Below are positions 9,704-20,296 of a DNA stretch of 64,000 nt, one piece after another. The notes under the pieces are model-generated. The model saw only the letters and a program-made list of their open reading frames with translations. It made no database searches and had not been told where the DNA came from. Origin of the DNA: an uncultured Desulfatitalea sp. GTDB taxonomy: Bacteria > Desulfobacterota > Desulfobacteria > Desulfobacterales > Desulfosarcinaceae. The DNA lies in contig CAXXMB010000002.1 of assembly GCA_963668675.2 (NCBI GenBank), forward strand, positions 352,001 to 416,000, read 5' to 3'. A program made the translations under genes and the position numbers. The stretch's first letter is position 1, and each line of letters opens with the position of its first letter.

Positions 9704-10927
9704 ATGATTCGAATCAACGAGAACTTTTTAAAGCTTGAAGCCAGCTATCTTTTTGCCAACATCGCCAAGCGGGTCGATGGATTCCAGGCCCAGCACCCCG
9801 AGAAAAAGATCATTCGAATGGGCATCGGCGATGTGACCCGGGCACTGCCGGGAGCATGCATACAGGCCATGCATACAGCCGTCGACGAGATGGCCCGGGA
9901 GAGCAGCTTCAGGGGTTACGGACCCGAGCAAGGATACGGCTTTTTGCGCGACACCATCGCGCTGAACGATTTTCAGAAGCGCGGTGCTGCCATTGAAGCG
10001 GATGAAATTTTCATCAGCGACGGTGCCAAATGCGATACCGGCAACATGCAGGAGCTATTTGCCACCGACATCCGGGTGGCCGTCCCCGACCCCGTCTACC
10101 CGGTCTATGTAGACACCAACGTCATGGCCGGTCGCACCCGGAACTTCAAAAACAGCCAATATGAAGGGCTGGTATATCTGCCCTGTGACGAGGAGAACCA
10201 CTTCATCCCGCGATTACCGGAGGAGGGGGTGGATCTGATCTATCTCTGTTTCCCGAACAACCCTACCGGGGCAACAATCGGCAAAGATCAACTGAAGGAG
10301 TGGGTTGACTACGCCCGCGCCAACAAGGCCCTGATTTTATACGATGCAGCCTATGAAGCCTTTATTCAGGAAGATGACCTGCCCCACTCTATCTACGAAA
10401 TCGAGGGCGCCCGCGAGGTGGCCATCGAATTTCGCAGCTTCTCCAAAACGGCCGGTTTTACAGGCACCCGGTGCGCTTTTTCCGTCGTCCCGAAGACATG
10501 CATGGCCTACACGACCGACGGACGGGAGATCCAGGTACACGGACTGTGGAACAGACGCCACTCCACTAAATTCAACGGCGTCTCCTATCCGGTGCAACGT
10601 GCGGCCGAGGCAGTCTATTCAACCGAAGGCCAACTCCAGGTCAAGGAGTTGATCGGTTACTATATGAAAAACGCCGCGTACATCCGTGAGGCGTTCCGAT
10701 CACTGGGCTTCGATTGCGTTGGCGGAGAGAACTCCCCATACGTGTGGATAAATGGCCGTCAGGACTCCTGGGGCTTTTTCGACTTGCTGCTCGATCGAGC
10801 GGGTGTGGTCTGCACACCCGGGGCGGGATTCGGCAAGTGCGGCCAGGGCTATATCCGTCTCAGCGCATTCAACAGCTTCGAAAATGTCCAGGAAGCCATG
10901 AGCCGCGTCACTGACGCATTGAGTTAA
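9704..10927 (+). CDS. dapL: LL-diaminopimelate aminotransferase
   Basis: [32 protein letters not shown] and [13 protein letters not shown] (PLP Lys) motifs; adjacent to lysA. Confidence 0.96.
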   Translation: MIRINENFLKLEASYLFANIAKRVDGFQAQHPEKKIIRMGIGDVTRALPGACIQAMHTAVDEMARESSFRGYGPEQGYGFLRDTIALNDFQKRGAAIEADEIFISDGAKCDTGNMQELFATDIRVAVPDPVYPVYVDTNVMAGRTRNFKNSQYEGLVYLPCDEENHFIPRLPEEGVDLIYLCFPNNPTGATIGKDQLKEWVDYARANKALILYDAAYEAFIQEDDLPHSIYEIEGAREVAIEFRSFSKTAGFTGTRCAFSVVPKTCMAYTTDGREIQVHGLWNRRHSTKFNGVSYPVQRAAEAVYSTEGQLQVKELIGYYMKNAAYIREAFRSLGFDCVGGENSPYVWINGRQDSWGFFDLLLDRAGVVCTPGAGFGKCGQGYIRLSAFNSFENVQEAMSRVTDALS

Positions 10928-10940
10928 GGAGCACAACGGG

Positions 10941-12212
10941 ATGCCCATCAGTTCATCTTTTCGCGACCGACTTTACCCTGTTCTGCCTGAAATTGAAGCT
11001 CACTTCGGCACCCCATTTCACATCTACGATGAAGCGGGCATACGAGAAACGGGCGAACGACTCAAGCAGGCCTTTGGCCCTTTGACGGGTTTCCGGGAAT
11101 ATTTTGCCGTCAAAGCGCTCCCCAATCCTCACATACTTGATGTCATGAAGGATATGGGATTTGGATTCGACTGCAGCTCCATCCCCGAACTGACCCTGGC
11201 ACGCCGGGCCGGCAGCAGGGGAGACGATCTGATGCTCACCAGCAACAACACCAACCAAGCCGAGTTCAACGCTGCGCGGAAAGATGGCGGCTGCATCCTC
11301 AACCTCGACGACATCTCGCTGGTGGCCAAGGTACCCCATATGCCCGAAACCATCTGTTTCCGATACAATCCAGGCCCACGCCGCAGCGGAAACAGCATTA
11401 TCGGCAACCCGGTGGAGGCCAAGTATGGTGTGGCCCACCATCAGCTGCTCGACGCCTACCGGCAGGCGATGTCGCGAGGTGCCAAACGGTTCGGACTGCA
11501 CACCATGCTGGCGTCGAACGAACTCAACCACAGCTACATGGTCCATACGGCCCAAATGCTTTTGGATGTTGCGCGCTGGGTCGCCTCCGAACTGGGTATT
11601 CGATTCGACTTCATAAATATGGGAGGGGGCCTGGGAATTCCTTACCGCCCCGAAGACCATCCGTTCGATCTGGATGCCATGGCCGCTGAAACCATTGCCC
11701 TTCTATACGATTTTGAGAAGAGCGAAGGATACACCCCGAAACTCTACATGGAGAGCGGACGCTATATGACCGGTCCCCATGGCGTTTTGGTTGTCAAAGC
11801 GATCAATCGCAAGGAGATCTACCGCACCTATATTGGCGTGGACACAACGATGTCCGCCCTGATGCGTCCGGCCATTTACGGTGCCTACCACCATATCGAA
11901 GTGGCAGGCAAAGAGGATACCACCGAGTCCCAAACGGTCGATGTGGTCGGCTCGCTGTGCGAAAACAACGACAAGTTTGCCATCCAGCGCACATTGCCCC
12001 TCATCGAGGAGGGGGATCTGCTGGTGATCCAGGACACGGGTGCTCATGGCCATGCCATGGGATTCAACTACAACGGCAAGCTTCGCCCCAAAGAGCTGCT
12101 CATGACCAGCAACGGAGATATCAGACTAATCCGTCGCGCCGAGACGGAGGAGGACTATTTTGCGACCCTGCAGTTCGCCCCCGAGTGCTATACTCCGGGA
12201 AAACAGTCGTAA
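10941..12212 (+). CDS. lysA: Diaminopimelate decarboxylase
   Basis: GTPFHIYDE, FAVKALPN (PLP Lys), NMGGGLG, ESGRY, GSLCENND, GAHGHAMGFNYNG. Confidence 0.94.
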   Translation: MPISSSFRDRLYPVLPEIEAHFGTPFHIYDEAGIRETGERLKQAFGPLTGFREYFAVKALPNPHILDVMKDMGFGFDCSSIPELTLARRAGSRGDDLMLTSNNTNQAEFNAARKDGGCILNLDDISLVAKVPHMPETICFRYNPGPRRSGNSIIGNPVEAKYGVAHHQLLDAYRQAMSRGAKRFGLHTMLASNELNHSYMVHTAQMLLDVARWVASELGIRFDFINMGGGLGIPYRPEDHPFDLDAMAAETIALLYDFEKSEGYTPKLYMESGRYMTGPHGVLVVKAINRKEIYRTYIGVDTTMSALMRPAIYGAYHHIEVAGKEDTTESQTVDVVGSLCENNDKFAIQRTLPLIEEGDLLVIQDTGAHGHAMGFNYNGKLRPKELLMTSNGDIRLIRRAETEEDYFATLQFAPECYTPGKQS

Positions 12213-12276
12213 CTTACCACAACGGCTCCGTCACCGCGGCACCTCCGATCCACCACCGATATACCTTACTACAGAG

Positions 12277-12305
12277 TTGACGTACGGCTGAAAAAGGATT
12301 AGGTT
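12277..12305 (+). promoter_or_regulatory. Candidate sigma70 promoter for the 12584 gene (long leader)
   Basis: TTGACG-17 nt-TAGGTT. Confidence 0.4.
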
Positions 12306-12583
12306 GAACTAACTCTCGCAAAAAGATGGACATGCAAGGGCAGTAGAATGAGATGGGAATGAAAAGCGGGAACTGCTGCACTAAAGTAACCCCTGGTAGC
12401 GACCGATAGAGATAACATACAACAATACCGCACCGATGCCTATTACCCTTCTTTGTTTCTATAAACGCGTCGTGCCAACATTCTTTGATCGACTGACAAG
12501 GTAAGAAACAGGCATTCATAAGGGAGTCGTCTCACACTTTGTGGTCTCGGTGACCACTCGGTCAGTTTTAAGGAGATATAGCA

Positions 12584-13243
12584 ATGGATGATTTTTTGCA
12601 TAACCTGCGCAGTGGAAAACTAAAGCAGGGAGACCGTTCCAACCGATCCTATGGAGATCAGCAATACAAAGGCGGCCCCCGGCGCAATACAATGGACCGG
12701 CGTAAAGGCCACTACGATAACAAAGAGTCATTCGAACGGTTGAATGCAATCAAGGAGGTTATCGAAGCCCTTGCCGATACCCAAAAGCGCATGGCAGAGG
12801 CTTACCAGGCGCGAACCCTGGCTGAAGAGCGCAAAGCCAAAGCAATGGAGATATTGGCAAAAAGCATATACCGGATAGCCAACCCCAACGCCAGCGCCAA
12901 CGAGGCGGATGAGCTGTTTGCGACAGAAACGCCTCGGGCCCCGGTGAAAGAGATTGAAGAACCGCTTGAAACTGCTCGGCTGAGCGAACATGCCGAAAAG
13001 GAGAGCTTTGAGGAGGAGATACCGGACAGGTCCGTTCAGGCAAGTGCCGACGAGCCCCAAGGGAAACTCTCCAGTTCCCACCGCAGAAAGCTGAGCGATT
13101 TGATTCACAAGATGCGCACCGAAGGCCACAGCTGGGAGAATATCGCCCGCCAAATCTCGTCAAACGGCTATCCGACCGTTTCGGGAAAGGGAAAGTGGCG
13201 GGGTGCGATGGTCAAGAATATGTATGAAAAGATGGAAGGATGA
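12584..13243 (+). CDS. Hypothetical protein with coiled coil and C-terminal recombinase-like DNA-binding motif
   Basis: Strong RBS TAAGGAG; C-terminus WENIARQISSNGYPTVSGKGKWRGAMVKNM resembles the serine-recombinase RD-domain motif. Confidence 0.75.
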   Translation: MDDFLHNLRSGKLKQGDRSNRSYGDQQYKGGPRRNTMDRRKGHYDNKESFERLNAIKEVIEALADTQKRMAEAYQARTLAEERKAKAMEILAKSIYRIANPNASANEADELFATETPRAPVKEIEEPLETARLSEHAEKESFEEEIPDRSVQASADEPQGKLSSSHRRKLSDLIHKMRTEGHSWENIARQISSNGYPTVSGKGKWRGAMVKNMYEKMEG

Positions 13244-13346
13244 TCGGCAAAACAGAGTAACACCTATTACATGGCCGGCATGGCCGCCCCCATCGGCATC
13301 ACATCATAACCCGATATGGTGACATGTGAGAGGGAGTGCCGGGCAT

Positions 13347-14306
13347 CTACCCGCCTGAACGAGCGCTTTGGCGATACCATTCAAACGTTTGACGCAATCC
13401 CTCTTCGAGTGAAAAGGCCGGTTGAAAATCCAACTGCTCTTTGGCCCGCTGAATGCTGGCGAGGGAGTGGATAATATCCCCGGGGCGGGCCTCCTCGTGT
13501 TGGGACGATAGTTCGCAGCCGGCCAGACCCGCTATCGAATGCCACAGCGTATTGATCTCCACCGACTGGCTCGTGCCGACATTGTAGATTTTTCCCGAGG
13601 CCGCCTCATGCCCCGCAGCCAGCAGGTTGGCCTTCACCACATCCTCGACAAACACGAAATCCCGAGTCTGGTGCCCATCGCCGTAAATGGTGGGTTGTTG
13701 GTTTTCAAGCGCTTTGAGCATAAAGATGGAGATGACCCCCGAATAGGGTGAAGAGGGGTCCTGGCGCGGACCGTAAACGTTGAAATAGCGCAGGCAAACG
13801 GTCTCGAGGCCATACATCCGATGGTACAGCTCTGCGTAATATTCGTTGGTCAGCTTCTGAATCGCATAGGGGCTCAGAGGCGATGGGGTCATCGACTCTG
13901 TTTTGGGCAGCTGGGGCACATCACCGTATACAGCACTTGAACTGGCCGCCACCACCCGCCGTATGCCATTTTGCCGGGCCGCTTCAAACACCTTGATGGT
14001 GCCCAAATCGTTTACGCCGGCAGAGGTGACCGGTTGATGGATGGTTTGGGTAACAGAGACCACGGCGGCTTCATGAAAAACGATATCGCAGCCCTTGATT
14101 GCGGAGGCAAGCAATGCCTCGTCTTCGATCCCCCCCTCCACGAAAGTGATCTTCTTCCGGATGGAATCGAGATTCGACAGATGGCCGCTGGCCAGATTGT
14201 CGAGCACGGTCACATCACACCCCTGCTCTACCAGGGCCTCGGATATGTGTGAACCAATAAAACCGGCCCCGCCGGTCACCAGTGCTTTATGCAATCGAAT
14301 CGCCAT
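13347..14306 (-). CDS. NAD-dependent epimerase/dehydratase (UDP-hexose 4-epimerase-like SDR)
   Basis: LVTGGAGFIGSH, SSSAVYG, YAIQK (YxxxK), LRYFNVYGPRQDP, TRDFVFVEDV; GAGGAG RBS. Confidence 0.93.
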   Translation of the reverse strand: MAIRLHKALVTGGAGFIGSHISEALVEQGCDVTVLDNLASGHLSNLDSIRKKITFVEGGIEDEALLASAIKGCDIVFHEAAVVSVTQTIHQPVTSAGVNDLGTIKVFEAARQNGIRRVVAASSSAVYGDVPQLPKTESMTPSPLSPYAIQKLTNEYYAELYHRMYGLETVCLRYFNVYGPRQDPSSPYSGVISIFMLKALENQQPTIYGDGHQTRDFVFVEDVVKANLLAAGHEAASGKIYNVGTSQSVEINTLWHSIAGLAGCELSSQHEEARPGDIIHSLASIQRAKEQLDFQPAFSLEEGLRQTFEWYRQSARSGG

Positions 14307-14551
14307 CAACAACTCCTCGGATTGGATCTATCATCAGTGATATTCGGGCCGGGCGGCATCTGTCCGCTGGGGCGCTGCTGACAGATGCCGCCCTGTATAG
14401 ATCGGGATTTGGAGTAAAAAGCGCCTCATCAATCAAGCAACAGAGGAAGTTGACGTCAGCCCAATCTCTTGTCTTTGCCAACATTCGATAGTATGGCTAA
14501 GGCGAGCCGTCAATCTTTTTTAATACCACTAAAGTCGGGGGCTGATGTGCC

Positions 14552-14767
14552 ATGGCGCAACGAAAACGGATCGATTGCCGCAAATGCCGCCACTACTTTG
14601 TCACCTGGCAGGAATCGGCACCGCATGGATGCAAAGCCATCGGCTTCAAAAGTGCCCAACTGCCCAGTGCGGTCGTACACAGGATGTCCGGCGCCCCTTG
14701 TCTCTACTTTGAAGCCAAACCCATGAACGGACACCTGCCCGCCGGAAAGAGAAAGACCAATGGCTGA
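14552..14767 (+). CDS. Small 4-Cys putative metal-binding protein
   Basis: CRKCRHYFVTW...HGCKAIGFKS..LPS.VV...SGAPCLYF pattern. Confidence 0.7.
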   Translation: MAQRKRIDCRKCRHYFVTWQESAPHGCKAIGFKSAQLPSAVVHRMSGAPCLYFEAKPMNGHLPAGKRKTNG

Positions 14768-14880
14768 TGGACGGCTGCCTATCCATACCGGTCAGACCTT
14801 GGGGAGTCGAGAGGGCTTGACTTTTGATCGATCCTCTATAGTTTTAGCCATTGACCCAATGACGAGCAAGGATAGTGCTT

Positions 14881-15123
14881 ATGGAAAGCGATCCGGTAAC
14901 CATAGACCTGAGGCTCTTTGCCTCCCTGGCGCCGCTGATGCCCCCCGATGCGACCCGTTTCCCCATATTGGCGGGAATCACCATCAGGCAGCTCATCGAG
15001 CAGTTTCAAATTCCCCTGGCCGAAGCCAAGCTCGTCTTCATAAACGGGGTACGCAAGGAACTGGACACACCGTTGACCGGAGGAGAACGGGTAGGAATCT
15101 TCCCTCCTGTGGGCGGCGGATAG
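14881..15123 (+). CDS. MoaD/ThiS-family (ubiquitin-like) sulfur carrier
   Basis: LRLFASL N-terminal strand, INGV, C-terminal IFPPVGGG-stop. Confidence 0.92.
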   Translation: MESDPVTIDLRLFASLAPLMPPDATRFPILAGITIRQLIEQFQIPLAEAKLVFINGVRKELDTPLTGGERVGIFPPVGGG

Positions 15124-15257
15124 CGATCCTGTCCCATCTGCCAATGTCATCTGCAAATTTAATCTGATGGAATAGCACGATCAAACGTCGAAAGGCGGAA
15201 ACCATCGAAAACAGCACCCCATCCATAGTCGACCTCATTCGGGAAAAGAGCCAAGGC

Positions 15258-16079
15258 GTGAAGGGTGCCGACGGATCGGAGCTGCGCTCCATTTCAGTGG
15301 CCGAAACCCGTGCATTGTCTGAACGCTGCAATCTCTCCTGCCGGGAGATAGAAATAGAGGCCCTCAGAAACGGTATCATCCCGTTGCGTTACCTGCGCAA
15401 CCGTGCCACCTACAGCACGGAAGACCAGATCCGCTTCCTTGAATCGCGGGTAGCCATAGTGGGGTTGGGCGGTTTGGGCGGAACGGTTGTGGAGATATTG
15501 GCAAGGGCCGGCATTGGCCGGCTCACGTTGATCGATGGAGACCGTTTCGAAGATCACAATCTGAATCGCCAATTGACCAGCACCGAGAACAATCTGGGTA
15601 CTTCCAAAGCGACCGCTGCCAAAGAGCGCGTGGCCGCCGTCAATAGGGCGGTTAACACCACTGCCCACGACACATTTCTCACCAACGACAACGCCGCCCG
15701 AATGATCACCGGCTGCGATGTGATCGTCGATTGTCTGGACAATATCAGCTCGCGCTTTGTCGTCGAAGATGCCGCCAGGCAGGCCGGACTTCCGTTTGTC
15801 TCCGCTGCCGTTGCAGGATTAGCGGGCCATGTCACCGTGATCTATCCCCAGGACCGTGGCCTGGAACTGGTTTACGGACCACGAAAGGAGGCCCGGGAGG
15901 CCATAGGGGCTGAAATCGTGCTGGGGTGTCCGCCCCAAACGGTATCGCTGGTGGCGGCCAAGCAGTGTGCCGAACTGCTCAACCTCCTCGCCAAGAGGAC
16001 GGGGCAACTGCTGCGCAACAAACTTTGGGTCGTCGATCTCTCCGACCACACAGCAGAAGTGCTCTCACTTACAGGATAG
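15258..16079 (+). CDS. HesA/MoeB/ThiF-family (E1-like) adenylyltransferase
   Basis: RYLRN, VAIVGLGGLG, LIDGDRFEDHNLNRQ, VDCLDN. Frame is open upstream to an ATC at 15204. Confidence 0.92.
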   Translation: MKGADGSELRSISVAETRALSERCNLSCREIEIEALRNGIIPLRYLRNRATYSTEDQIRFLESRVAIVGLGGLGGTVVEILARAGIGRLTLIDGDRFEDHNLNRQLTSTENNLGTSKATAAKERVAAVNRAVNTTAHDTFLTNDNAARMITGCDVIVDCLDNISSRFVVEDAARQAGLPFVSAAVAGLAGHVTVIYPQDRGLELVYGPRKEAREAIGAEIVLGCPPQTVSLVAAKQCAELLNLLAKRTGQLLRNKLWVVDLSDHTAEVLSLTG

Positions 16080-16175
16080 AAGCCGGAAGCGCCCCGCGAT
16101 CCGATCGGACGGGCAGACGGCCTCTCATGATCAACCGCCGATAATGAACCCTGACCTTGCAGGGGCTGGAGAGTT

Positions 16176-18107
16176 TCAGAGGCACCTCCCGATCTCCTCA
16201 CCTTCGCTCATGGCGTACATCAAGTGGCGTGGCGCTTTGGCGTCACCTATGAAATGGATCGGGATATCCCGGCTCTTGAGCAGTTTGGCAGCATCGCGCA
16301 GGGGGACGAAACGGTCGGCCAAAACAATCGTATCGCATGGCCCGATCACTCGGGAGCGTTGATCGATGCGACACTGCACACCGTCATCCAAAATCTTTTC
16401 CAGGACGACGCCTTTGAACAGCGCCACCCGCCCCCGATTCAGCCTCTCGCGAAGGTAGTAGCGGTCGTTGCTCGACATCTCTTCGCCGAAATGGGATCTG
16501 GGATGCAGCACCGTCACGCGTCTGCCGTTATCGGCAAGATAGTCTGCCAGTGCAAGGCCGGCCTGGTTGCCGCCCCAGACAACGACCTGGCCGCCGGGCT
16601 CGCTCTCACCGGACAACACCTCGGTCACGGTCAATACCTGCATGGGCGTATCGTACACCCCTTTGACGAGCGGTATCTCAGGCAGGCTGCCAGTGGCCAT
16701 GATGACCACATGCGGGGCGACCTCATCTATCAAGGTATCGCTCAGTGGCGTGTTGAGCCGCATCTCCACATCCAGCGCTTTGAGCTCTTTCACCAAAAAC
16801 GTCAGCGGGTCTGCGAGCTCTCCCCTGCCAGGTGCTTTGGCGGCGAACCTCAGCGCTCCTCCGGCCTCAGAGGCCTGTTCGCACAACACCACCGTGTGGC
16901 CATGCAGTGCCGCCATGCGTGCCGCAGCCAAACCGGCCGGGCCGCCTCCCACCACCAGTAACCGTTGGGGATGTTCGGTTTTGAGCACCTCCTGCAGCAG
17001 ATATTCGCGCCCCACATCGGGATTGACCACACACCCGCCCGGCTCCAACTGCAGTACGGTGTGGATGCATCCCAGGCAGCAGCCGATGCAGGGCCTTATG
17101 CTTTCGGTCTCGCCGGCCTGGGCCTTGGCCGGCCACTCGGGGTCGGCCAGCAGGGAGCGCCCCAGGGCAACCATATCGGCGCTCCGGTCGGCGATAATCT
17201 GGTCGGCAAGCTGGGGAGATTTGACGCGTCCCACGGCGATGACCGGTATGGTGACCTCCGTCTTTACAGCGGCCGCCAGATCGACAAAGCAGCCTTGCGC
17301 CACATACATTGACGGAATGGTCAGCTGCCGGCTGCCGTAAACACCGGCGGAGACATGCAGGTAGGCGGCGCCCTGCCTCTCCAGCAACGGCGCCAGTCGC
17401 CGGGCGTCCGGCAGGGTCCAGCCGTCATCGATATAATCTTCCCCGTTGATCCGCACCCCCACGGGGAAATCATCACCGCACTTGGTCCGGATATCGGCCA
17501 TCACCTCCATCAGAAAGCGTATTCGATTCTCATAGGAACCGCCATAGCCGTCGGTGCGCCGGTTGGCGTTGGGAGACATGAACTGATTGATCAGATAGCC
17601 GTGGGCGGCATGGATCTCGATAAAGTCGAATCCGGCGCGACGGCATCTCAGGGCGGCATCGCCGAAAGCCCCCACCAGCATCCGGATCTCCTCCTCGTCC
17701 AGTGCCTTGGGTATCCCCTTGACCACCGCCGGTGCGGGAATGGCCGAAGGCGCCAGCTTGTGATCATGGTAAGACTGTCGGCCACCGTGCATCAACTGCA
17801 TCCCCAGGCGACAGTCGAAGGGGCGCACCGCCGCAGCCATACGCTGTAACGCCGGGATGCACTTGTCGTCCCACAAGGCAGGCAGGTCCGGCAACTCCGC
17901 CCCGGTGGGATGGATGCCGCCACCGCCCACCAGCATCATGCCCACGCCGCCGCGGGCCCGGGCCACCATGTATTGGATCAGCTGGTCCGTCACATATCCG
18001 TCGGCGTCGACGCCGAAATTGATGCTCATGGCAGACATAAGCAAACGGTTCTTGATCGTCATGGGGCCAATTCGAAACGGCTGGAACAGGTGGCTGAAAT
18101 GGGTCAT
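16176..18107 (-). CDS. NADH:flavin oxidoreductase (Old Yellow Enzyme fused to FAD/NAD domain, 2,4-dienoyl-CoA reductase-like)
   Basis: EIHAAHGYLINQF, NRRTDGYGGS, CIGCCLGC...CVVNP Fe-S motif, VVGGGPAG. Confidence 0.92.
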   Translation of the reverse strand: MTHFSHLFQPFRIGPMTIKNRLLMSAMSINFGVDADGYVTDQLIQYMVARARGGVGMMLVGGGGIHPTGAELPDLPALWDDKCIPALQRMAAAVRPFDCRLGMQLMHGGRQSYHDHKLAPSAIPAPAVVKGIPKALDEEEIRMLVGAFGDAALRCRRAGFDFIEIHAAHGYLINQFMSPNANRRTDGYGGSYENRIRFLMEVMADIRTKCGDDFPVGVRINGEDYIDDGWTLPDARRLAPLLERQGAAYLHVSAGVYGSRQLTIPSMYVAQGCFVDLAAAVKTEVTIPVIAVGRVKSPQLADQIIADRSADMVALGRSLLADPEWPAKAQAGETESIRPCIGCCLGCIHTVLQLEPGGCVVNPDVGREYLLQEVLKTEHPQRLLVVGGGPAGLAAARMAALHGHTVVLCEQASEAGGALRFAAKAPGRGELADPLTFLVKELKALDVEMRLNTPLSDTLIDEVAPHVVIMATGSLPEIPLVKGVYDTPMQVLTVTEVLSGESEPGGQVVVWGGNQAGLALADYLADNGRRVTVLHPRSHFGEEMSSNDRYYLRERLNRGRVALFKGVVLEKILDDGVQCRIDQRSRVIGPCDTIVLADRFVPLRDAAKLLKSRDIPIHFIGDAKAPRHLMYAMSEGEEIGRCL

Positions 18108-18383
18108 GCGGCTCTCCTCCGATGGTCATCTGCCAGTTGACAAAACCTGGATGGGAACAGAATCTGTCAAACCTATTTTATCACCTTCCAAAAAGCAATG
18201 TGTAGCTGTAGTCACCACCCGGTGCAGGCCTGTCCATATGACCTTTGGTTCAGTCAAGAAGCTGGACAAAAAGTGCAAAGCATGCCATGTTTTCACACGC
18301 ACCAGCTGCCCATGGCCCCTGGTGCGTCCGTTGTGTTGACGGACCGATTCAACGGCACAAGACCACCATGCGAAGGGAAGAAC

Positions 18384-20237
18384 ATGCATAAACTACTTGT
18401 CGACAATCCCGGCAGCCAATTGCTGATGCTGGGGAACGAAGCCATTGCCAGGGGCGCACTTGAGGCCGGGGTCGCCTTTGCCAGCACCTATCCGGGTACG
18501 CCATCCTCGGAGATATCGCTGAACCTGTTCCAGGTCTCCAAAGAGAGCGATCTCTATTTCGAATACAGCACCAATGAGAAGGTGGCCCTCGAAGTGGCCG
18601 CAGGCGCCGCCAATGCAGGTTTGCGAACCATGTGCATGATGAAGCACGTGGGCTTGAACGTGGCGGCCGATCCGCTCATGACACTGGCCTATGTGGGCGT
18701 GCGCGGGGGGCTGGTGATACTCTCGGCCGATGACCCCAACATGTTCTCCAGCCAGAACGAACAGGACAACCGATACTACGCCAAGATGTCCGGCCTGCCC
18801 ATGCTCGAGCCCTCGTCGGTGCAGGAGGCGCTGGAGATGACCGCCTACGCCTTCGAACTCTCCGAGCAACTCAATGAGCCGGTAATCCTGCGCACCACAA
18901 CGCGCATCAACCACTCGAGCGCTTTCGTACAGATCGGGGCGTTGAAAAAGCCCGACACCAAGGGCCACTTTACCAAAGACCCGCTCAACTACGTCACCGT
19001 CCCGGCCGTATCGCGTCGGCTCCACGTCAAACTGCTGGAGAACATGGCCAGGGCCGCCCAAATCTCGGACCGGAGCGGATACAATACGATCACCGGCAGT
19101 GGCACCCTCGGCATCGTCTGCAACGGCGTCAGCTTCAACTATGTCAACGACGCCTTAAAGGAACTGGGAATCGCCGACCGGGTGAAGGTGCTGCGCATCG
19201 GCATGTCCAACCCCATGCCGGCTGAGATGGTCAAAGGGTTTTTGAACGGATGCGAACGGCTCCTCGTGGCCGAAGAGGGAGAGCCGTTCATGGAGGAGGC
19301 GGTCAAAGCGCTGGCCCAGGAGGCCGGCCTTACCATGCCAATCCAAGGCAAATCGGAGAAGCTCTTTTCACGGCTCTACGAATTTGACCCGGCAATGGTG
19401 AGACGCACGATTGCGGCCTACTTCGACGTGGCTGATGCGCCGAAAGAGAAAATCGATCTCTCCGATGTACCTGACATTCCCGCCCGGCCGCCCAATTTGT
19501 GCGCCGGTTGCTCTCACCGCGCCACCTACTATGCAGTCAAAAAGGCGGCTGAAGGCATGGACACGATCTATCCAACCGACATCGGTTGCTACACGCTGGG
19601 CTTTTTGCCGCCTCTGGGCATGGGGGATTTTCTCATCTGCATGGGGTCGTCGATCAGCTCGGCCTGCGGATTCTCCAAGGCCACGGATCAAAAGGTGGTC
19701 GCATTTATCGGCGATTCGACCTTCTTCCATTCGGGTATCACCGGACTGGTCAATGCAATCCATAACAATCACAACTTCACCCTGGTGATTCTGGACAACG
19801 GCACAACGGCCATGACCGGCCATCAGCCCCATCCGGGGGTGGATATGGATGCCTTGAAAATGGACGACTACAATCGCATCTCCATAGAAGCAGTGGTTCG
19901 GGCGATCGGTGTCTCCCACGTCACCTTGGTCCAACCGTTTAAGGTCAAAAAGAGCATCGAAGCCATTCGAGAGGCACTGGCGTTCAAGGGCGTTTCGGTC
20001 ATCATCTCCCAAGAGATTTGCACCCTCTATGCCCGCAGCCTGGGGACCCTCAAGCAACGTGCCTTCCAGGTGTCGGACCGCTGCACCAACCATCGTGATT
20101 GTCTGAATGAGCTGGCATGTCCCGCGTTCTACCTGGAGGGCGAAAGGGTCCGCATCGATGCCGATGCCTGTGTCGGTTGCGCCGTCTGCGCTCAGATCTG
20201 CCCGGAGAACGCCATTGTGCCGGTCAAACCGGCCTGA
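18384..20237 (+). CDS. iorA: Indolepyruvate:ferredoxin oxidoreductase alpha subunit
   Basis: LGNEAIARGA, YPGTPSSE, MKHVGLNVAAD, SSQNEQD, RPPNLCAGCSH, DIGCY, GDSTFFHSG, C-terminal CVGCAVCAQIC. Confidence 0.95.
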   Translation: MHKLLVDNPGSQLLMLGNEAIARGALEAGVAFASTYPGTPSSEISLNLFQVSKESDLYFEYSTNEKVALEVAAGAANAGLRTMCMMKHVGLNVAADPLMTLAYVGVRGGLVILSADDPNMFSSQNEQDNRYYAKMSGLPMLEPSSVQEALEMTAYAFELSEQLNEPVILRTTTRINHSSAFVQIGALKKPDTKGHFTKDPLNYVTVPAVSRRLHVKLLENMARAAQISDRSGYNTITGSGTLGIVCNGVSFNYVNDALKELGIADRVKVLRIGMSNPMPAEMVKGFLNGCERLLVAEEGEPFMEEAVKALAQEAGLTMPIQGKSEKLFSRLYEFDPAMVRRTIAAYFDVADAPKEKIDLSDVPDIPARPPNLCAGCSHRATYYAVKKAAEGMDTIYPTDIGCYTLGFLPPLGMGDFLICMGSSISSACGFSKATDQKVVAFIGDSTFFHSGITGLVNAIHNNHNFTLVILDNGTTAMTGHQPHPGVDMDALKMDDYNRISIEAVVRAIGVSHVTLVQPFKVKKSIEAIREALAFKGVSVIISQEICTLYARSLGTLKQRAFQVSDRCTNHRDCLNELACPAFYLEGERVRIDADACVGCAVCAQICPENAIVPVKPA

Positions 20238-20296
20238 GCCGAAAAATTGGATTTAGATAAAGATCGCATCGCTTGAGAAGAGAAAAAGGGAAACGG

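Noticed and set aside
12461..12480. Minus-strand TTGGCACG, possible sigma54 -24 box
   Set aside because: No TTGC at -12 and no gene to drive in that direction.
18198..18383. Cys/His-rich N-terminal extension of the iorA ORF
   Set aside because: IorA similarity and a GAAGGGAAG RBS point to ATG 18384; the extension is probably just open frame.
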